Positions 37,302 to 42,504 of a stretch of DNA of 42,504 nt are shown here, piece by piece; within the stretch, counting starts at the first letter, position 1, and each line of letters opens with the position of its first letter. The stretch lies in contig JBAXIL010000011.1 in NCBI GenBank assembly GCA_037138355.1, forward strand, positions 1 to 42,504. Direction: 5' to 3'. A program made the translations under genes and the position numbers. The notes under the pieces are model-generated. The model searched no databases and was not told the DNA's origin. It saw only the letters and a list, made by a program, of their open reading frames with translations. The DNA comes from a bacterium. Lineage in GTDB: Bacteria > Oederibacteriota > PGYV01 > Palsa-1178.

Positions 37302-38156
37302 TTATTTCGAAATAGTATTAAGAATCAATTCCCTGATTACTTTGGCGGCAAATATACTTGAGTTTCCCTGCGCATCATACTCAGGTGAGATCTCCAAAAC
37401 ATCCATTCCAACTATATTCAGTTTTGACAAGGCAGGTAAAAGTTTCATAAAATCAGTATAAAATATACCTCCAGCTTCTGGTGTACCTAAACCAGGAAGA
37501 CAAGCTGGATCAAAAACATCCATATCCAGAGACATATATACTGGTGAATCCTTGATAATATTAGCCACTTCTTCAAAGCGCTCAAGCTTGCTGTCAACAA
37601 AGATATTATTTTTTTTCATGTAAAGCCATTCGTTTTTTTCAAAAGAACGAATACCAAACATAAATAAGTTTTCATTACCTACTTCTTCTGCTGTTAACCT
37701 TGCAGCTGAAGCATGCGAAAGTCTGCTACCAGTATAACCTTCTCTAAAATCAGCATGTGCATCAAAATATATCACTTTTAAATCTTTATACTTTTTAGAG
37801 TATTCCTTCATTATTGGATATGTGAGTAAGTGCTCTCCACCTAAATAAATGGCTTTTTTATTATCCTTAAGCATTTTAGCTGCAAGTTCTTCAACAAGTT
37901 TTACTACAGCCTTACTATCTCCATAAGGAATTTCAAGGTTTCCAATATCCGCCACTTTATAATCAGTTATATCGCGTTCCTGTTCGTGAGAAAATGTCTC
38001 TATCGCATAAGAAAACTTTCTTATGGAATCAGGTGCAAATCTCGAGCCTGATCTAAAAGAAGATGTGCCATCATATGGTAGGCCCACTAAAACAGTTTTT
38101 GCAGTTTTATAAGGTATATCACACCCTATAAAGTTTGTGTCCTTTATAAAGTTCAT
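37302..38156 (-). CDS. speB: Agmatinase (ureohydrolase family)
   Basis: GGEH, FDAHAD, SHAS, DMDVFDP..PG.GTPEAGG. Confidence 0.92.
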   Translation of the reverse strand: MNFIKDTNFIGCDIPYKTAKTVLVGLPYDGTSSFRSGSRFAPDSIRKFSYAIETFSHEQERDITDYKVADIGNLEIPYGDSKAVVKLVEELAAKMLKDNKKAIYLGGEHLLTYPIMKEYSKKYKDLKVIYFDAHADFREGYTGSRLSHASAARLTAEEVGNENLFMFGIRSFEKNEWLYMKKNNIFVDSKLERFEEVANIIKDSPVYMSLDMDVFDPACLPGLGTPEAGGIFYTDFMKLLPALSKLNIVGMDVLEISPEYDAQGNSSIFAAKVIRELILNTISK

Positions 38157-38992
38157 TTTATAGCATCTTTTACAAACTGCGGAAGAGCAAAAGCAGCTTT
38201 GTGTACTTCTGGAGTGTAATATTTAAACTTTAATTTCTTGGCTTTTGTATTTTTTACAATCCGTGGATCATATTTTTTTGAAGCATAAGAGAAGCTCCAC
38301 ATCCCAGATGGATATATTGGAATAAATGCGAGATACAAGTGTACCTGCTTGAAAAGCTTCTTAAGTCGATCTTGAACATTTTTAATAATATCAGAATCAT
38401 AGTAAGGGTCTTCTGATTGCATAACCATGATACCATCTGCCTTTAGAGCATTATTTACATCCTTAAAAAAGTCAGAAGAAAATAGACCGCCTGCTATATC
38501 AGATGGGTCAGTGCCATCAACCAATATGACATCATATTTATTTTTTGATTCTTTTACAAACTTTATCCCATCCCCAAACAGAAAGTGTACGCGCTTATCT
38601 TGTTCTAATCCTTTAACAAGCGCTGGAAAATATTTTTTTGAAACTGTATATACATCATCATCTATTTCTACAAAATCAATTGATTTGACACTTTTGTGCT
38701 TCATTACTTCCCTAACAGTACCACCATCACCACCGCCAATCACAAGCACATTTACAGGCTTTGGGTGAGTAAATAGAGGCACATGGGCAAGCATATCATG
38801 GTAAACAAACTCTTCTGCAGTTGAGACCATATAACAGCCATCTAAAGCCATTAAGTTGCCATGTTTCTCGGTCTCATAAACTTCCACCATTTGATATTTT
38901 GATCTTTTTTCATAAAGTTTTTTCTTTATCTTAAAAGAGATTGCTGTATCTTTATAAACTTCGGTACACCATTTACCAGTCATTTTTCCCAT
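38153..38992 (-). CDS. speE: Polyamine aminopropyltransferase
   Basis: LDG, EFVYH, VLVIGGGDGG..RE, VEID, YDVILVDGTDP, YPSGMW; start 38992 or 38983 rather than 39022. Confidence 0.93.
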   Translation of the reverse strand: MGKMTGKWCTEVYKDTAISFKIKKKLYEKRSKYQMVEVYETEKHGNLMALDGCYMVSTAEEFVYHDMLAHVPLFTHPKPVNVLVIGGGDGGTVREVMKHKSVKSIDFVEIDDDVYTVSKKYFPALVKGLEQDKRVHFLFGDGIKFVKESKNKYDVILVDGTDPSDIAGGLFSSDFFKDVNNALKADGIMVMQSEDPYYDSDIIKNVQDRLKKLFKQVHLYLAFIPIYPSGMWSFSYASKKYDPRIVKNTKAKKLKFKYYTPEVHKAAFALPQFVKDAIK

Positions 38993-38996
38993 TAAG

Positions 38997-39524
38997 CTAC
39001 CACCACAAAACAACCGCGGCATACGCGGCGCCTATTTTTTTTACATCATGCTGTGCTGATATAGAAAGAATTTCCTTTAAGGCATAGCCTCTCTGTCTTA
39101 AACCTTCCTCAGCCATATGTCTTACTATCTTTTCAACTTCTTCCTTGTGACCTGCTGCTGAATATTCCATAATCAAACCGTTCTTATTTTTATCTTTTGG
39201 TATAGCTACAGCAACTGCAGCAGAAATTATTTCATCTGATTGTGAAGAAACTTTTGATGCGTATGCCACTGGAACAAGTGAACCTAATGGAAGTTTTACT
39301 GGTTTTATTTTTGTGCAGTTAGGTGGCAATATGGAAGACATTTTTACTAAATTTGTATTTCCTATTCCAGCATCAACAAGCGCATTATCAAAAGCATTAA
39401 GCGGAGTCATACCCTCTGACTCACCTGCTACAAGATAAAATTTGTTAGGAATTGTAACTGTCATACCCTGTGGTGGTATAGAAATCGTCTTTATTACTTT
39501 TGCTTTAATAACTTTTTTTGCCAT
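38997..39524 (-). CDS. pdaD: Pyruvoyl-dependent arginine decarboxylase
   Basis: LNAFDNAL.DAGIGN.NLVKMSSILPP (Ser-Ser self-cleavage site), G.IMEY. Confidence 0.9.
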   Translation of the reverse strand: MAKKVIKAKVIKTISIPPQGMTVTIPNKFYLVAGESEGMTPLNAFDNALVDAGIGNTNLVKMSSILPPNCTKIKPVKLPLGSLVPVAYASKVSSQSDEIISAAVAVAIPKDKNKNGLIMEYSAAGHKEEVEKIVRHMAEEGLRQRGYALKEILSISAQHDVKKIGAAYAAVVLWW

Positions 39525-39564
39525 GAATTTTCTCCTTAAGAATGTTTGTTAAAAATGTAAGATT

Positions 39565-39592
39565 ATTATAATAAAAACAGGTAGAATGTCAA
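39565..39592 (-). promoter_or_regulatory. Consensus sigma70 promoter for pdaD-speE-speB
   Basis: TTGACA-N16-TATAAT. Confidence 0.75.
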
Positions 39593-39657
39593 TTCTATTT
39601 TAAAGCTTATTCATAAAATAACCACACTCATTTTTCACATATTTATACCAATAAATA

Positions 39658-39689
39658 CAAAAAGGGCGACCTTTCAGCCGCCCTTTTTG
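39658..39689 (-). terminator. Rho-independent terminator after the 39706..42000 hydrolase (symmetrical A/T tails)
   Basis: CAAAAA-GGGCGGC-TGAAAG-GTCGCCC-TTTTTG on the minus strand. Confidence 0.88.
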
Positions 39690-39705
39690 GTATATATGTC
39701 TATTT

Positions 39706-42000
39706 TTATTTTTTTACTTGCAATACAGTTACTGAATATGGTGGGAAGTTATAAGTATCATCCACCAAATTTACATTTAACTCTGTAGGTCCAGAATTAA
39801 CAATTGGTCTATAGAGTTCTTTTGACCATACATATTCCTTATCTGATAACTGCCACGCCTTAGCTGTGCCAGATAAAGTAAAACCTTTTACATTTAACTT
39901 TGCAGCAGATACAGCAAGTCTTGTCTTATTAATAGCCATTATAGAAATTGTATTATCATCAACCATTGAAGCATAAACCGAAAGATCTGGATTGTCTGAT
40001 TCGCATTCAATCATTTTATTTCCAAATCTATTATAATACATATCAAATACCCAATATTGTGAACGCTCTGAATATTTTTTAGTTGGATCGTTTTCTGCAT
40101 CAAGCAAACCATGACCGCCACCTAAACCAGGCTTTTGTGTGTACATATCCCAAATAAAAGCTAAATCTCCACCAGTTTTCATAAACGAACCTAAATAATC
40201 AGCAACAAATAAACCATTCTCTATCAAAGCTGTCATTATAACTTCATCTCCAGAATTCCATTCAGTTAAAGCCACTTCAACATATTTATTTGGATATTTA
40301 CTGTTAACATACTTCTTAATCCACGATCTAAATAGTGGCATATTAACAGGCCAAGTGGTCTGCGGTTTTGTGAACAATGCTCTCGCATCACTGTTTGCCC
40401 AAAGTGGATATTCATGAACTGAGAGTGTATCTAAATATTCCCCTGACTGCTGAAGAAATCTCTCTACCCAGTATGGAGAATTTGATCCAGTGATTTTCCA
40501 AGGATCGCCTTCTAACCTTTCCTGATTCAATGGTTGCATCGGAACTGGACCCATTATTTTCAAGGTTTTATCCCAAGTCTTAATTTTGTAAGAAGCAAGA
40601 TTAAATACTTTGCAATAATTATCAATCTTGGTCCACCATTGTTTGCTTTTCATATCAGTAGGAGCATCAGACCATTTCACGCCTTCTTTTACTAAAGGAC
40701 CGGCAACTAATGGTTTATTATCTAATTCATTTCCAATTTCCACATAACGGAATTTTATACCCTTTTCTCTCATATTTTGAAGCCACTCCACTCCATAATC
40801 AAGTCTTTGAGCAATTGTTTTCTTGGCAGGAGTTAAAATATTAATGATAGGAAGAGCTTCTACCTGGTTATTCATTTGCAAATCCATTCTCTTCAAAAAT
40901 GGTACCATGCCACCCATATAATTTAATTCAGGAGACCAGCTAACTGATCCATCATATTTATATACTTCTCCAGTTTTCCAGTCATACAAATTTCCATAAT
41001 CTCCACCAGGCAGTCTGAAAAATGTAGCGCCAATTTCTTTCCATTTTGCAAGCGCTTCATTATCCTTATACCATTCTGCCTTATGCCATGCTGCAATATT
41101 CATTCCATACATCTTGTGTGGATCAATAATTTTAATTACTTTCGATGGGTCTATGTTAATATTAACCGCTTTGATTGTAGGATTTTTCTTCTTTATTAAA
41201 GCTATTTCTCCAAGTGATTTAGTTTGATTTGCTACAACAAGAACTTCCGACGACAAATCTTTATAACCAAATGATACAACCGCCATCTTATATAAATCTT
41301 CTGAAACAACAACTTTGAAATTACCACCAGCATCAGTTACTGTGAGAGAATCTCCTATAACTACCTTTGCATCAGCCACCGGATTGTTTGTTTCCTTATC
41401 TATAACTTTACCTTCAACTGTTCCAGGTTCTCCCAATATTTTTCCTACAATGTTATCAACATAAATTGGGCCTTTATATTTTTGAGAATTATTTAACACA
41501 AGATAAACATGCCAAATGTCACTCTTGATTTTTGCATTATCAATTTTAAACCTCAGCGTATTTTTACCAGGAGCCATTGGGGCCTTTAAAGAATAAAAAC
41601 TATTCGCCTTGCCAGAGAAAACAAGATAGAGTTCATGATATTCAAGTCCTTTTACAGATTCCAAAGGAAGTGTAACATCCATGGTAACTTCTACAATTTT
41701 ATTAATCGCAGCCAAATCAAAAGGTCCGCTATTAACACATATATCCTGATTCCAATCAACCGAAGTTGTGCAATCAATTTTTAAAGCATATTTACCTTCA
41801 GTTACATATTCCGGATCTGTTGTAACCGAACACGACTTGTTCCACTTTGCCGCTCCCTGCCAGCCCTCTGTTGTGCCTGTTTCAAATGACCACAAACTGA
41901 CCCTGTGCTTTGCTGCAACATCATCGCCCTCAGCAAGTACAGGAAAGACTAAAACTAATAAAAAAATTACTGCAAGTACTGATGATACTAATTTTTTCAT
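39706..42000 (-). CDS. Secreted multidomain clan GH-A glycoside hydrolase (GH44/GH51/GH79-related): CBM-like, carboxypeptidase-regulatory-like, catalytic and C-terminal beta-sandwich domains
   Basis: AAGGAGG RBS, signal peptide; SFETGTTEGW...EGKYALK CBM-like; GTVEGKVID...PVADAKV; RLPGG...YDW, EIGNE, SVHEYP, ALTEWN; C-terminal FPPYSVTVL. Exact family uncertain. Confidence 0.75.
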   Translation of the reverse strand: MKKLVSSVLAVIFLLVLVFPVLAEGDDVAAKHRVSLWSFETGTTEGWQGAAKWNKSCSVTTDPEYVTEGKYALKIDCTTSVDWNQDICVNSGPFDLAAINKIVEVTMDVTLPLESVKGLEYHELYLVFSGKANSFYSLKAPMAPGKNTLRFKIDNAKIKSDIWHVYLVLNNSQKYKGPIYVDNIVGKILGEPGTVEGKVIDKETNNPVADAKVVIGDSLTVTDAGGNFKVVVSEDLYKMAVVSFGYKDLSSEVLVVANQTKSLGEIALIKKKNPTIKAVNINIDPSKVIKIIDPHKMYGMNIAAWHKAEWYKDNEALAKWKEIGATFFRLPGGDYGNLYDWKTGEVYKYDGSVSWSPELNYMGGMVPFLKRMDLQMNNQVEALPIINILTPAKKTIAQRLDYGVEWLQNMREKGIKFRYVEIGNELDNKPLVAGPLVKEGVKWSDAPTDMKSKQWWTKIDNYCKVFNLASYKIKTWDKTLKIMGPVPMQPLNQERLEGDPWKITGSNSPYWVERFLQQSGEYLDTLSVHEYPLWANSDARALFTKPQTTWPVNMPLFRSWIKKYVNSKYPNKYVEVALTEWNSGDEVIMTALIENGLFVADYLGSFMKTGGDLAFIWDMYTQKPGLGGGHGLLDAENDPTKKYSERSQYWVFDMYYNRFGNKMIECESDNPDLSVYASMVDDNTISIMAINKTRLAVSAAKLNVKGFTLSGTAKAWQLSDKEYVWSKELYRPIVNSGPTELNVNLVDDTYNFPPYSVTVLQVKK

Positions 42001-42049
42001 TTTAGTTCCTCCTTAAGGAATTATTTATAATTACATTTAACATTTTTAT

Positions 42050-42504
42050 CTAAAATAAGACCAAATCATCTATCCAAATATCCATTACTTTACCATTTCC
42101 ATTATCATACTGCCACTTAAAAAGATGAACATTTTCAAGCACTTTTTCTATTGGGTAAATTTTATCTTTAACAGTCCATGCTGGTTGTTTTAAATCATTA
42201 TTGAAATTAATTACAACCGTGGACCATTCGGGACCTATTTGTTTAGATATATCTATTTGATAATCTGCATAATCAGTCATACTCTTACAAGTCAAACGCG
42301 CAGGGATGCATTCGTTTGATTCGTACGGTATTACAAAATGTAACTTTCCACCTTCTAAATTTCCTTTTATTGCAAATTTAATTCCACTATATTTTTTAAT
42401 ATCAGTGCCTTTACATGTTGGGCATGAAGACAGTGCTGCAAATCTCACAACAACACCAAGATAATTATAATTCAATCCCAAAGTGGATCCTGATTTACCA
42501 GTCA
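42050..42504 (-). CDS. CBM11-like domain protein, paralog of the anti-sigma sensor domain; 5' end outside the window
   Basis: Frame stays open past 42481 (...TGKSGSTLGLNYNYLG); shares CPxCxGxD, GIxFxIKG, TCKSxTDYxDx, DxKQPxWT, KWQY, DIWIDDLxLF with 552..1352. Confidence 0.82.
   Translation of the reverse strand, partial: TGKSGSTLGLNYNYLGVVVRFAALSSCPTCKGTDIKKYSGIKFAIKGNLEGGKLHFVIPYESNECIPARLTCKSMTDYADYQIDISKQIGPEWSTVVINFNNDLKQPAWTVKDKIYPIEKVLENVHLFKWQYDNGNGKVMDIWIDDLVLF

Noticed and set aside
15136..38768. Many short ORFs nested in or antisense to housekeeping genes
   Set aside because: They overlap well-supported conserved genes and show no recognisable motifs.

Overview
AT-rich window from a diderm (LPS-making) bacterium, almost all genes on the minus strand. 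The left ~12 kb and the right ~3 kb encode polysaccharide degradation and secretion: GH44, CBM35-GH26, a CE2-like SGNH esterase lipoprotein, an M6 metalloprotease, a PorV-like barrel and a clan GH-A multidomain hydrolase. Three of the secreted enzymes have long T-x-T tracts ending in a YPNP-type C-terminal sorting-like domain. An ECF sigma factor is followed by a single-pass membrane anti-sigma candidate whose extracytoplasmic part is a CBM11-like domain. Two more paralogs of that domain lie at the window edges, one of them missed by the ORF track. The motif TGCAAC-N15-GCATT-N6/7-GTAGAAG occurs upstream of the sigma gene and again inside its 3' end, just ahead of the anti-sigma gene, which suggests an autoregulated glycan-sensing switch. 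The middle is housekeeping: DEAD-box helicase, ArnT-like GT-lptF-lptG, pfkA-beta-CASP-ftsEX-envC, tRNA-Met-tilS, an hflX-led lipid A/core LPS operon, a DUF2723 GT-C and pdaD-speE-speB. The protein style resembles Ca. Goldiibacteriota/Firestonebacteria; this is an inference, not a database result. No CRISPR array or mobile element was seen. All family calls come from motif recognition by eye.
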